DNA of 38,854 nt, taken from Octopus bimaculoides (lineage: Eukaryota). The position numbers and the translations under genes were made by a program. Below the pieces are notes generated by a model, which worked only from the letters and a program-made list of their open reading frames with translations, did not search any database and was not told where the DNA came from. Position 1 is the stretch's first letter. Each line of letters opens with the position of its first letter. Positions 22,481 through 33,830 of this stretch are shown piece by piece. The stretch spans positions 35,101,375 through 35,140,228 of the forward strand of contig NC_069003.1 of the NCBI RefSeq assembly GCF_001194135.2, written 5' to 3'.

Positions 22481-24937
22481 AAACAACGAAAGCCAGAAAT
22501 AGCTAAATAGCAGCAAAGTGGAAAAGCATTGATTTTTATCATGAAAACCCTTAAAAGGAATGTTTTAAACTATCAATTACATACCTGAAAAATGACTCGA
22601 GAGATTTAGTTAAGCTTTTCTTAAACTCCCAATTCAAAACACTCTCCACCGAGGTCAGTCTTGCCTTTCAACCCTTCTGGGATTTATAAAATAACAATAC
22701 CCGGATAAAAACTAAACCGTTCCCTAAAATACGAGACTTTGTGCTCCACTTAGAAATACAAAATAGACAACATAGTCCTCATGCGAAAAAGGAAGTCAGT
22801 TGGGATGGTTGTGTCTGTTGGTTTAATTAGATTTTTTATAAGTCAGACAATAAAAACCCAAGTCATTTGCCAGTAAAATGGCAAACAACCAAATCAAGGT
22901 CTAGCTAGTCATACTGGAAAACGAGAGTCCGTTACACACACTGGTGTATTTAGCTTTTGATCGAAAAGGTTCCGAATTATTAAAATGGATCCACTACCTG
23001 CCGTCTAATTTGTGATTGAATGTACGTGTTTATTATCCATTCTTAGATGCTCGTGGACCCAAGAGCTGTGTTAAATAAACAGACCTCATCTCAGCCCTGT
23101 ATTAAACTGTGTTCCCATATGGCTTTCCCTCATGAGCCCAATGATCTAATAAGGTCCTTGCACCCATAGCACGTCTTACGATGGCAATAATAATTCTGTA
23201 GCTCTTGGGGAATGGAGGGCATCCAAACCTCACTTCCGATTGCGTATATGATACATACTGTCCCAGGTGGGCAAACATATCTGTAAATTCAATAAGTTCA
23301 TGGAGACATAGGCGGTGTCTCTTTACGGGTGACCTTCCCTTCGAGGGGGCGAAAATGAGGTTTTTCCGTAAAACCGAAACACATGAATTCGCTCAAAATC
23401 TGCGAATAGAAAATTTTAAACAGGACGAGCAATAATTTCAGCAAACTAGTTTTATAATGCAAACTTATAGAGATAATACATTGGCAGGATATAGGACATT
23501 TTTGTTGTTCTTAGGGGGCGAAGGTTGAAAATATCTTTTGTTTTCTTAATTCTTTTGAGCTCTGCGGTCACGTAAGCAAAGGTTTTTATTTGGATTCACA
23601 GCTGACAGAATCAAACTGTTAAACCCCCCTCCACCACCACCACCACTTAATTGAAAATGTCTTTGTTGACACAAACATTATGGAACTCATAAACCACATC
23701 ATAAATAAATCACTGGAGTTAATAAATAACTACAGACATAACAGATCTAAACCCACGTTAATTCTGCCCATCCTTGCTCGTCAAACGACTTCATAAATCT
23801 CATAACTCGAGACACCCTTACCATGTGCCTACCCACAAAATACTCCCCGTAAGGCAGTCCACTCTATAACGGGACTTTTTTCTCGACTAAGACTATTCTA
23901 GTTTTCGTAACACGAACCCTTTCTCCAAATCCAAAAGTACCATCCCGACAACTACAGCCCTGGCTTTACTTTCATTACTGTTTACTAAAAGTAACGCCAA
24001 TAAAATGCTTCTATTGAAAACAGAATATCGGAGAGAGACAGAGTTGTCTAATGTGGGTTTGCAGATTCATTACTAGACGGTTGGGTAAAATACCTCGTAG
24101 TGTTTAGTTACAACCCTTCAAATACTGCCGAGGTTAACTTTGAAAGGACCTGTTAAGTTATGGAGTCGATCTTAATATTCCTATAAAGCTTTCTTAGAAA
24201 TATAAATAGGATTATAAACAGCAGACGAAAACTTTATGCCTATGTTACAATTAATGACCGTATACATGTGGTAAAGAGTGCGCGTGTCTCCTGCCTCCGT
24301 GTAATATATTCAACCGGTGAGAACTTAGCCAGTCTGCTAAACTTTTTGTGTGTGTGTGTGTGTGTGTAAGAACTACTGTGTGTGTGTGTGTGCGATACAC
24401 GTACACAACGCGTGCCTCGGTTCCAGTCATGCCTTTATCATTCAAGCGATGATAACTTTGAAGCCAACTTGTTATCTATCGGTGGCCGTGTGTGTGTGTG
24501 TGTGTGTGTGTATCAGTGTCTATGCCTCTGTGATTGATGATAACGGAAACTTCTAAAATACCAAACTAACAAATTCAATGTGTGCGTGTGTATGTATATA
24601 TATATATAGGTATAGAGATGTGCGTGTGTGAATAAGATGTTTACATAACATAGAAATACTTACGTGTGTGTGTGTGTGTGTAATATGGAATATTTGTAGT
24701 TGGGGAGTGTCACAATTGGCAGGGGGTTTAAAGTAAGTAGACGTTATTTCTTGACTTCAGAAATCACGAGTTTCAAACCCATGACTGTGTAATGTGTGGT
24801 GGGGGAGGGGGCTCGCTCTGTTGGCAAGGTATTGCAACAGCCCCTGCTCAGTTTGAACCATACAGCTAACAACAGAAAAGTGAAAAAGAAGGCTTTTAAA
24901 TGGCAATTATAGTTGAAATGATTGAATGGATATTATC

Positions 24938-25012
24938 TAGGGCGGACGTGGGTAACCTTCATCGAGAAGCGGGCCGCACGAGACATGACTCGTCATAAGG
25001 CGGGCCGCATTA
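24938..25012 (+). mobile_element. Probable hAT-type left-end fragment
   Basis: GTGGGTAACC followed by two GCGGGCCGCA subterminal-type repeats (24969, 25000). No right end found. Confidence 0.4.
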
Positions 25013-25374
25013 CTACAAAAAGTCCAAAGTAATTTCTCGTTAGGCGTGCCATTCAGAAACACCAACTTATATTGAGACACCAACTGCTCTGCCTGAAACT
25101 CCAAGGCTGAGCTACTGGCTAAGATCTTCCCAGGGACACAGTGAGGAACACATGCGCTGGGTCCCAGAGCTGTCTTGAGGCCATATGGAAGCTGAGAGTG
25201 GCTATTTAGGGTAAACAGTTATATCCCAGCCATAATCTAGTTGGCATTCTTTTCTTTAAAATATTTTTATTTTGGGGGTAAGATATGCGTTTTCTCTTTC
25301 TTTTATGCAAATTGTCAAACTTAGCCCGAATACTCTGTATATGTTATGTTTGTATAATATACATATGTAATGTA

Positions 25375-25439
<65 letters not shown>

Positions 25440-25623
25440 TATGTTGGTAGTGTGTATGTATGTCTAAATTAACATATGCATAAGTACACGTATCTATATA
25501 CATGTGTGCATGCGTGCGTACATGCATGTTCCACAATGACAAAGTAACTTTAAAGTGATATAGTACACACCACATGTTTGTAAGTTCAAATCTGACAAAA
25601 GGCATTGTGTTCCAGTTCTAAGA

Positions 25624-26102
25624 CAGGGGTGGGGAAACCCCTATCTGTGGGCGCAATTGTGCCCACGAGCCCATTTTATTGTGCCCACAGTTTGATATAC
25701 TCATATGTACAAAATATAGCAAATTTTTCAATTATAAAATTTATACAATATACTTATGCCTATTTGCGTTTCCACGACGACTAAAAATGGTTAGACTCAA
25801 ACAGAAACCGTCCAGCAATTGCCATTTGAATAGAAATTTTGTTATTACTACAAAACACATACTGCTAGGTTTGTACCACTCCCTTGAGTGGAATACCTCA
25901 TAAGTAATATAATCATCCTAAATTCAGAGGCAGCGTTAATGAAGATGTTATATGTTAATTTGTGTTAAACTTATCTTTATTAATGTATATTGAATTATAC
26001 ATAGATATATACGAGATTTGCACAGATATAAGAGAACTTGTGATGTGGCTGTAGACCTTTGGAAATTTGTGCCCAACGCACTAAAAATATTCCCCTCCCC
26101 TG
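25624..26102. mobile_element. Complete non-autonomous hAT MITE (479 bp)
   Basis: TIRs CAGGGGTGGGGAA / TTCCCCTCCCCTG (12/13). 8-bp TSD TTCTAAGA / TTCTAAGG with central TA (Buster/Charlie-type). Subterminal TGCCCA repeats at both ends. Confidence 0.9.
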
Positions 26103-26141
26103 TTCTAAGGCACAGTTTTGTTTGTCGTCTTTTTGCTCCAG

Positions 26142-26180
26142 TTTGCTTGAATAACAAGAGACAAAAACTAAAAATTCCAG
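26142..26180 (+). CDS. Candidate 39-nt symmetric phase-1 exon (unconfirmed)
   Basis: Acceptor ttttgtttgtcgtctttttgctccag and consensus donor CAG|gtaagt. Only the phase-1 frame is open: (x)CLNNKRQKLKIP(x). Confidence 0.35.
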
Positions 26181-26527
26181 GTAAGTATTAACTTCCCTAT
26201 TTCATGGTTGAGCTGTGGCCAGGTAGGAATTTCTCCAACAGGTACCAACCACCCCACTTGCATAGACAACAATATAGGGTGGAAAACAGAAAGATAGTTA
26301 TGTTGGTGTCAATGCATGTGTGGACATGTGTGTTTGTGTGTGTGTGTGTAAGATATACAATTACATCAAATCGTGTGTGGTGGTGGTGGGAATTGAAAAG
26401 ATGACAATACAAATGTATAAATGCAATAATGACTGTCTAGACAGACGGATGTATGTATTGATGCAGCTGTAGTCATGTGTATGTATGTGAACATGTATAC
26501 ACATGTTTGTATATATGTATGTGAGCA

Positions 26528-26559
<32 letters not shown>

Positions 26560-26575
26560 GTTACACCAAATTTTA

Positions 26576-26790
26576 TGAGGGGTTGGGCTGTAAAGTTCCT
26601 GGCTTTAAGGGTATTGTGAAAGGCCTGGTTGGAGGCCCAACCTCCCAAGTTCTTTTACAGGGCTTGGAAAATCTGAAGGACCTCTGCAATATGTGTGTGA
26701 ATCTGAGAGGAGAATATTTTAAATAAAATCATAACTGACCCTCCTGTATTTTCTTTTACCCAAAGCCAGGGACCTTTCAGCACCCCCTCT
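26576..26790 (+). mobile_element. Mariner-derived MITE, copy 1
   Basis: TA-flanked TIRs of about 29 bp (..GAGGGG..GCTG.AAAGTTCCTGGCTTT / AAAGCCAGGGACCTTTCAGCACCCCCTC). Internal LQGLENLKDLCNMCVNLRGEYFK* resembles the mariner transposase C-terminus (GI.KL..RW.KC....G.Y.E). Confidence 0.9.
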
Positions 26791-27375
26791 TACACATGTC
26801 CCTACAATCATGTAACGAAGGTTTTTCCACATAAAACCTTAACCCCTCCACCACCACGTAAACAGTCTCAGAAAAAGCTTCATTTTTCAATTTAATTATG
26901 ACCGGAGAATGTTGTAGAAGACGTTTCTGCAGAAGAGTTTAACACGGTCCTCATTTTGGACCTAAATATTTAGAAATACAGCTTATTTCTTTCCTTTTGG
27001 TGGTGGTGGTGGTGGTGTGACTATACACCCAGGAACAAGGAGTGTAGGCAGTGCAAGTGGACCCTATAAAATTTTACAAAGGTTTTCCAAACCTTTCTTG
27101 TAAAAACATTTTGAACTCAGGTTTGCAACCCCTGAACAAATTTTACTCCTCCTATGTATACAGGGTTGAACAGTGGTGGGAACATCACATTTTTCTAACT
27201 AAGCTCCATATTTGATATACGAAAATCTTTGCTTGACAGAACCATACAGAAATACGGTAAATTCTTCAGATATTCTTTCAAAGTAAAGCTAAAGTGGAAT
27301 CTTCTTATACTTCATGCAACATTTGGTGAAATCTTCTGTTAATGTCAAAGGAAGATGGCTTTGGTGCTTTAGTTT

Positions 27376-27389
27376 GTTACCATAGAAAC
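27376..27389 (+). promoter_or_regulatory. RFX X-box-like motif
   Basis: GTTACCATAGAAAC matches the X-box consensus GTHNYYATRRNAAC exactly. A single site; a chance match is plausible. Confidence 0.25.
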
Positions 27390-27904
27390 AGGTACAGAAT
27401 GTGAGTTACCAAAACATAAATGAATAAAGGGGAAAAAAACCCCAGAAAACAATGGCAAAGGACAAAGCAGAAAAGAAATTCCATTTTCAAAGAATAATCC
27501 AGTTCTAGCATTGTTCTCGGGAAAGCAAGAGACAGAGAGAGAATGAAGATAAGAAGAAGAACTCCGGTTTTTCCCTGTGCGTACCGAAATTTTATTCTTC
27601 ATGCTCCGCAAAGGAGAAAATTTAGCTAAATGGAACTGAACTGCTTCACAGTTCTGTCTTGGTTTCATTTTCAATCATCATTCCCAAGATAATGGTTAAG
27701 CTCCATTATATTCTTTAAACCCACAGAAGGAACATCTAAAGCTGTCATCAGCAAACTATGGCCCATGGGGTCTTCTGTATGATACCCCTAACAAAACAAT
27801 TACCTTGAATTCTTTTGCCTGAGGGCCCTTAAGGGTCTAAGGTCCCAATTCTGATCTGTATATGCTGTGGCTTACTAAAACGTAAAAAAAGGCAAAATCA
27901 TCTT

Positions 27905-28140
27905 CTCGAGTCATAGAGACCCATAAGGTCCAGTTTATCAGTTTCAAGGGGTATAAATTCCCCACCGGTACAAGACGCTGGTCCATTGCAGGGTTACTCA
28001 TTTTTGCGACCTGAGTGGACTGGAGCAACGTGAAATGAAGTGTCTTGCTCAAGGACACAATGCATTGCCCGGTCCCAGAATCGAAACCATAATCTTAGGA
28101 TCAGGAGTCCAACTCCCTGATCACTAAGCCACGCGCCTCC
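27905..28140 (-). mobile_element. tRNA-derived SINE family C (CORE-like)
   Basis: The minus strand starts GGAGGCGCGTGGCTTAGTGATCAGGG (A-box-like), then GGTTTCGATTC (B-box-like), then GTGTCCTTGAGCAAGACACTT (CORE-like). Confidence 0.85.
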
Positions 28141-28551
28141 CCTGTGGCTTGCTGTGAATAAGTAAATAGCATAAGGCCTCAGTACATTGATTTGCCCAGG
28201 GGCCCACGATGTTAAGAAGGCCTGGTTGACCAAGGGAGAGATGTTAAGAAGGATAATAAAAACGATAGTATAACCACAGCTAGGTCTTTGATCACAGGTC
28301 TGCCAGATTGGAGTCGACCTAGGGCTAAACAACAACAACAGCTGATAACAACAACAAGACAATATGGTGAATAAAATATAGATTATCATAGCAACCTTTG
28401 AACGAGCAAATAAACATAATATGTGCCCGGACAGTCATCACGAGATTAGGTAGCGTGCACAGCATGGTCACAGACGACAATTATAGAAGATTTAACCTCA
28501 TTGATAGGAACCCTCCTGAAACCATGCCTAGTTCTAAAGATAAATATAATT

Positions 28552-28695
28552 ATAGGTGCGGGTGTGGCTGTGTGGTAAGTAACTTGCTTACCAACCACAT
28601 GGCATCTTGGGCAAGTATCTTCTACTCTAGCCTCGGGCCGGCCAAAGCCTTGAGTGGATTTTCTGAACAGAAACTGAAAAAAGCTTGTCACATAT
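28552..28695 (+). mobile_element. SINE family B, internally deleted, with (TA)n tail
   Basis: GGTGTGGCTGTGTGGTAAG...CCAACCACATGGCATCTTGGGCAAGTATCTT...GAAACTGAAAAAAGC. The B-box segment is missing relative to the 13437 copy. Confidence 0.9.
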
Positions 28696-28727
28696 ATATA
28701 TATATGCATATACTCATATGTTATTTG

Positions 28728-28761
<34 letters not shown>

Positions 28762-29474
28762 CAGAGCCTCGGTTTTCAAACAACTCTGATCACGCATAAA
28801 TCATGCTTTATATATANNNNNNNNNNNNNNNNNNNNNNNNNNNNNNNNNNNNNNNNNNNNNNNNNNNNNNNNNNNNNNNNNNNNNNNNNNNNNNNNNNNN
28901 NNNNNNNNNNNNNNNNNNNNNNNNNNNNNNNNNNNNNNNNNNNNNNNNNNNNNNNNNNNNNNNNNNNNNNNNNNNNNNNNNNNNNNNNNNNNNNNNNNNN
29001 NNNNNNNNNNNNNNNNNNNNNNNNNNNNNNNNNNNNNNNNNNNNNNNNNNNNNNNNNNNNNNNNNNNNNNNNNNNNNNNNNNNNNNNNNNNNNNNNNNNN
29101 NNNNNNNNNNNNNNNNNNNNNNNNNNNNNNNNNNNNNNNNNNNNNNNNNNNNNNNNNNNNNNNNNNNNNNNNNNNNNNNNNNNNNNNNNNNNNNNNNNNN
29201 NNNNNNNNNNNNNNNNNNNNNNNNNNNNNNNNNNNNNNNNNNNNNNNNNNNNNNNNNNNNNNNNNNNNNNNNNNNNNNNNNNNNNNNNNNNNNNNNNNNN
29301 NNNNNNNNNNNNNNNNNNNNNNNNNNNNNNNNNNNNNNNNNNNNNNNNNNNNNNNNNNNNNNNNNNNNNNNNNNNNNNNNNNNNNNNNNNNNNNNNNNNN
29401 NNNNNNNNNNNNNNNNNNNNNNNNNNNNNNNNNNNNNNNNNNNNNNNATATAGATTTAGACATTTAACCATTTA

Positions 29475-29509
<35 letters not shown>

Positions 29510-29514
29510 GGAAA

Positions 29515-29882
29515 ATGGTTTCAAATTTTGGCACATGGCCGGCAGTTTTAAGGGGGGGGAGTAAGTTAATTACATTGACCCCAGTATTTAACTGGTACTT
29601 ATTTTATTGACCCCTGAAAGGATAAAAGGCCAAGTCGACCTCAGTGGAATTTGAACACAGAACGGGAAATCAGAAGAAGTACCACCAAGAATTTTATCCA
29701 GCATGTTAAAGATTCTAACTCACCAACTTAGTATTGAGAATAGTTTCGAATTTTGGTACAAGGCAGAGGATCAGGGGGTAGTCAGTTGCATCAACTACTC
29801 CCAGTACTTCACTGATGCTATGTTTTATCCACTCCAGAGGGATGAAAGGCAAAGTTGATCTCAACAGAATTCGAACCAGAGC
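29515..29882 (-). mobile_element. Two head-to-tail family A SINEs
   Basis: 29515-29730 is near full length (AACTGGTACTTATTTTATTGACCCCTGAAAGG...GTCGACCTCAGTGGAATTTGAAC). 29735-29882 is a second copy. Confidence 0.85.
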
Positions 29883-31711
29883 AGCAGATTAACAGAACTG
29901 TCACAGGTATCTTTGAGTTCTAAGGTCCACCCCTAGAGTGGCACTGGTACCCTGCAACACCAGGTCAATTTGGCAACTTTTCCCTTGGATAAACATTGGA
30001 GTACTCTCTCTACAAAATGGGTCTTATTTCCAAGAGATTTAGTTGTTATTTCTAGCAAGTCTAGCGTGGGCGACGGGTGGGAGAGACAAAGATAGAAATG
30101 GTGGGGTGTGGGGACAAATTAAAATGATTTTAAGCCTTTTTTAATTCATCCAACACCAAGGCGAAGAAAGAAAGGTTACACGGAACCAAACCCTCTTTTT
30201 TGTATTCTCATTAATAAAGAGGTGGGGAGGTTATTATTCCAATAAAATGTTGTGAAGGAGCTGGGATATGTGGTCGGATCGTAACGAACGGTTGATTTCT
30301 CTGAGGTCCAAATATCAACAGGAATTCAATTAAAATAAATCATCGGAAACACAGACTTCACTTAAAATCGATTATACATCAATATTTACACGACGAAGCC
30401 AGGCCTTTGTGGCAGAGAAAGATAGAATTGGTCAGTCGACTAGCCAAAAATAGCAGCGAAATAACACAATGTCATCTTAAATAAGTAAAAAAACAAAAAA
30501 CACTGGCGGATACAAAACGATACAAGGGTTATGACTGGCCCCTAAATCTGCTGGAACAGGGACCTGATACTGAACATGAACAATAACCCAAACACACATA
30601 CATTTGGGGATAAATTGCCTTCGTTTGTAATGTTCATGTTGTTGCTGTTCTTTAACCCTAAGCCAACTTTGATGGATCAAACAAAGTTAATCCAACCGTG
30701 GTTATCCCATCTATTTAGATATTGGTCTGTATTGTGTTATTTAAGACAGTACGTCCTGATTTGAGGGAGATCTAGTAGTGATTTCTAGCAACTCGAGATT
30801 CGTAGATTGAATTAATGTTATCCTTTTGTATAAAAGCCAACAAGGAGTAAGTTCAAAATCAGCTGTTATTTCTAGCAGATCGTGCGAGCTCCTAAATTAT
30901 TTCCGAGTTAACCTAAATGCTATTTAGAATAATGAGGGAAACATGGCTAAATTTAGTGCAGTACTTGGTCCACTGTTATTAGTTATGATGAACTATTTTA
31001 TGTTCATAAACTGTAGTCTGTTTTGTTTTGACCTTTTTTTTTTATTGTTTATTATTAATCATCATCATTATTATATGATAATTTATAAATCCTATTTCAC
31101 TCCAATCTTCAAAACTGCACCGGATTTCGTCCACTTACGAAGATATCCGCTGACAAATACAAGTGTGTGTGTGTGAGAGAGAGAAAGTGCGTGTGAGTGT
31201 GTGACAAATTTCATTAATATAATCCAAGAGGCAGTCAGTGTGTGTGTGTGTGTGTGTGTGTGTATACGTGGAACAGGTTTCAGTAACAATGTATGTATGT
31301 AATCCAAGATGAGCCAGCCAAAGTCTGTGCGTGTGCATATGTGCGCGTGCGTGCGTGTGTGTAGCTGTCCAGCTCTGACATACCATTTATGTATCAATTA
31401 CACGCTGAAATGGTGTTAGTGTGACAGGCTGCAATTGGGTTAAATTTTTTACAAAGTACAGACAGAAGGAAACCTTACAGCTAAAATACGTGGTGAGGGC
31501 TAAGTCAGTATTTTTAGAATTAAGGTTTTCAAATTCACCGACATCAACTGAACACACACACATACACACTCACTCTCTCTCTCTTTCTCTCTCAATTATA
31601 AAGTTTTCTTGCATTGTAACTAATCGTTTCTATTATAATTTCTTACAGCCTCGAAGTTTGGAGGTTGGTTAAAGACGACTGTAACCATCCGGAATTGAAC
31701 TAATATTTATG

Positions 31712-32100
31712 TTGTCGACCACAAAACAATGAAAGACAAAGTCGACCCAAGCAGGATTTGAACTAAGAATGTAGAAGCAATGAAATCCCACAATCATTTG
31801 CTCCACAAAGGCAATATTTGTTTTTAATATGGACACAAGGCCCGAAAATTGTGGCGAAGAAGGGGTTAGGCACTTAAAGATCCAGGCTGATACTTTAATT
31901 TATCGATCCCCAAAGGTAGAAATTTGAACTCTAATAATAATAATTATTATTATTCTCCCTAATTTTGACACAGGGCCAGCAATTTTGAGGGAGTGGGGGA
32001 GCCAGTTAATCTCATCAAGCTCAGAAGTTGACTGGAGCTGTAATTTATCGACCACCAGAGGGACAAAAGACGAAATTGGACTCTGGCGGAATTTGAACTC
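31712..32100 (-). mobile_element. Cluster of three family A SINE fragments
   Basis: ATGAAAGACAAAGTCGACC..ATTTGAACT (31730-31770), TTTATCGATCCCCAAAGG..ATTTGAACTC (about 31900-31931) and TTTATCGACC..GGCGGAATTTGAACTC (32043-32100). Confidence 0.8.
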
Positions 32101-32665
32101 TCATAATAATATATAATGATGATGTCTAAGATGTGAAGTCATTTCGTCCGACACTCACCCGTTCTGTCACTTTGCCATCCCTGACTCACATACTATTGTT
32201 TAATCCACACAAAAGACGATTGCTGTGGATATTACAGTCGAAATGATGTTGGACTTCAGGTCGAAGATGAAGGATCAGCGGTTCGCATCCTCGTCTGCCA
32301 AGAACAATTCGCGCGGCAATTTCCGCCGAGAGGTTCACATAAAAAAAAAAGCTCTGTATATTTGAAGGAGTTAAAAAAAAAAAAACCTCAACCAATTAAT
32401 GGAGTTCGAGAGAAAGGAGTACCGAGTAGCTTGAAAAGAACTGAGTGGAATAAGGATTAAGCACACGTGTGGACTATATCGACATTATATACAACACTCA
32501 TGAGAGAGATAGAAAGTGAGTGAGACAGAAGGCGCAAAACAGCTGAGTCCGTACGATATTGGACTTTCAGGATAGAGGTGAAGGTTCTGAGTTCGAATCT
32601 ACGGAAAACGTGTTGCTACACTTTTTTAATTTCATTTTATTTCTAATGCTCGGATCACCTGGCAG

Positions 32666-32680
32666 CATTAGCCAACATAG
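32666..32680 (+). CDS. Candidate 15-nt phase-1 microexon (unconfirmed)
   Basis: AG-free stretch of about 70 nt with a T-rich tract, branch-like CTAAT and TGC, then cag|CATTAGCCAACATAG|gtgagt. Phase-1 frame reads (x)LANI(x). Confidence 0.2.
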
Positions 32681-32705
32681 GTGAGTATAAGATTTTGGGT
32701 GGGGC

Positions 32706-32773
32706 TAAAGAATACGCACCTGTTTTCGAGGTAACCCTAACCCCCCGAAAACGGGTGGTGTGCGTATTCTTTA
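32706..32773. repeat. Inverted repeat/hairpin with a TAACCCTAACCC loop
   Basis: Perfect 14-bp arms TAAAGAATACGCAC (32706-32719) / GTGCGTATTCTTTA (32760-32773), plus an inner 9-bp stem CTGTTTTCG/CGAAAACGG. Confidence 0.85.
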
Positions 32774-33229
32774 CCTTCGCCAAGATTTTATCCGTCATCA
32801 ATTAAATGTTATGAAAGCAATCCATTGTTAAATGGTAGAGGGTCTGGTAGAAAACGCCCAGGGACACTTCCTGTATGAAAACTTCACAGTAAAGTTGCCC
32901 CTGGCATACTTGATGTAGTGAATGCTATAGTAATTAACAAAGATGACACTATTAGTGGTGGTAATTATTCTTATCTGAGTAATTGTGATTAATAGAGAGA
33001 AAGCAAATAAACATGATACTTTAATTAAGCTTAATTAAACATAGGAGATAAAACGGGGAGTAGGTAAGTGTCAAGGTGATGCTGATTTGTGGAGTTGTCA
33101 AACGTTGCAAATTGGAAAAGATTCGGCTATCACGCGACTCCATCGTGAGAAACGCTTTGCCACTTTGGCAGAGAAGGGCAGGCAGTTTGATCCCATCTGG
33201 TGACATATGGTAAAAGAGATTGTGTAGGG

Positions 33230-33449
33230 CAGCAGTCCCGAACCTTTATTGCACCATGGTCCAACTTCATGTAAGACAGTTTCTCCACAGACCAGGGGAT
33301 AACAAGACAAAGTGCATAATATATAATTTAATTATTACATGTATAATACATATACAATGCAAAAACCTCCAGCAAACTGTGATAGTGAAATTTATGACGA
33401 TGATGATGGTGATGTCACTGGTCTGTGGTATGGTCGTTGGGGACGGCTG
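33230..33449. mobile_element. Complete hAT-Charlie (MER1/Charlie3-like) MITE, 220 bp
   Basis: TIRs CAGCAGTCCCGAAC / GTTGGGGACGGCTG. 8-bp TSD GTGTAGGG / GTGTAGGA with central TA. Ends resemble MER1 termini as recalled. Confidence 0.9.
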
Positions 33450-33830
33450 GTGTAGGAGACAAGGTTGGAATGACTCAAGACAAACACTCATTTTCAATCA
33501 TGCCCTCAACAATGTCTTCAAGTTACAACTGAAGAGAACTGCAAGGATGGAAAAGGATGTGCTGCCCTCTAGTGAATTTAATGAAAGCTCAGTACAAGTA
33601 GCAAAAATGACCCCAAAAAATGGACTTACTCTCAACAAACAGCTACAAGCTGGTAAATACAGCCAACAGGGGCTGTGCCCTTCATAGGCGAGGTGATGTT
33701 AGATCTGGGAGTACTTCATCTGGCTCCAATTCTGAAGACCCCTTCCTGACTTCTTGCACATTATTCATGGCCAGGTTTCATTTTTCAAAATCAATTTGGC
33801 ATAAAACCCACTGTTTTCGATCATTTGTCA

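Noticed and set aside
23330-23560. MITE-like block with two AGGGGGCGAA direct repeats (23344, 23513)
   Set aside because: It is probably a DNA-transposon fragment, but I found no TIR pair, TSD or second copy to support a call.
32530-32605. tRNA-like B-box GAGTTCGAATC
   Set aside because: No cloverleaf can be formed. All A/B-box motifs in the window sit in SINE heads, so no tRNA gene is called.
32732-32743. Interstitial telomere
   Set aside because: Only two TAACCC units are present, too few for a telomeric array; reported only as a hairpin loop.
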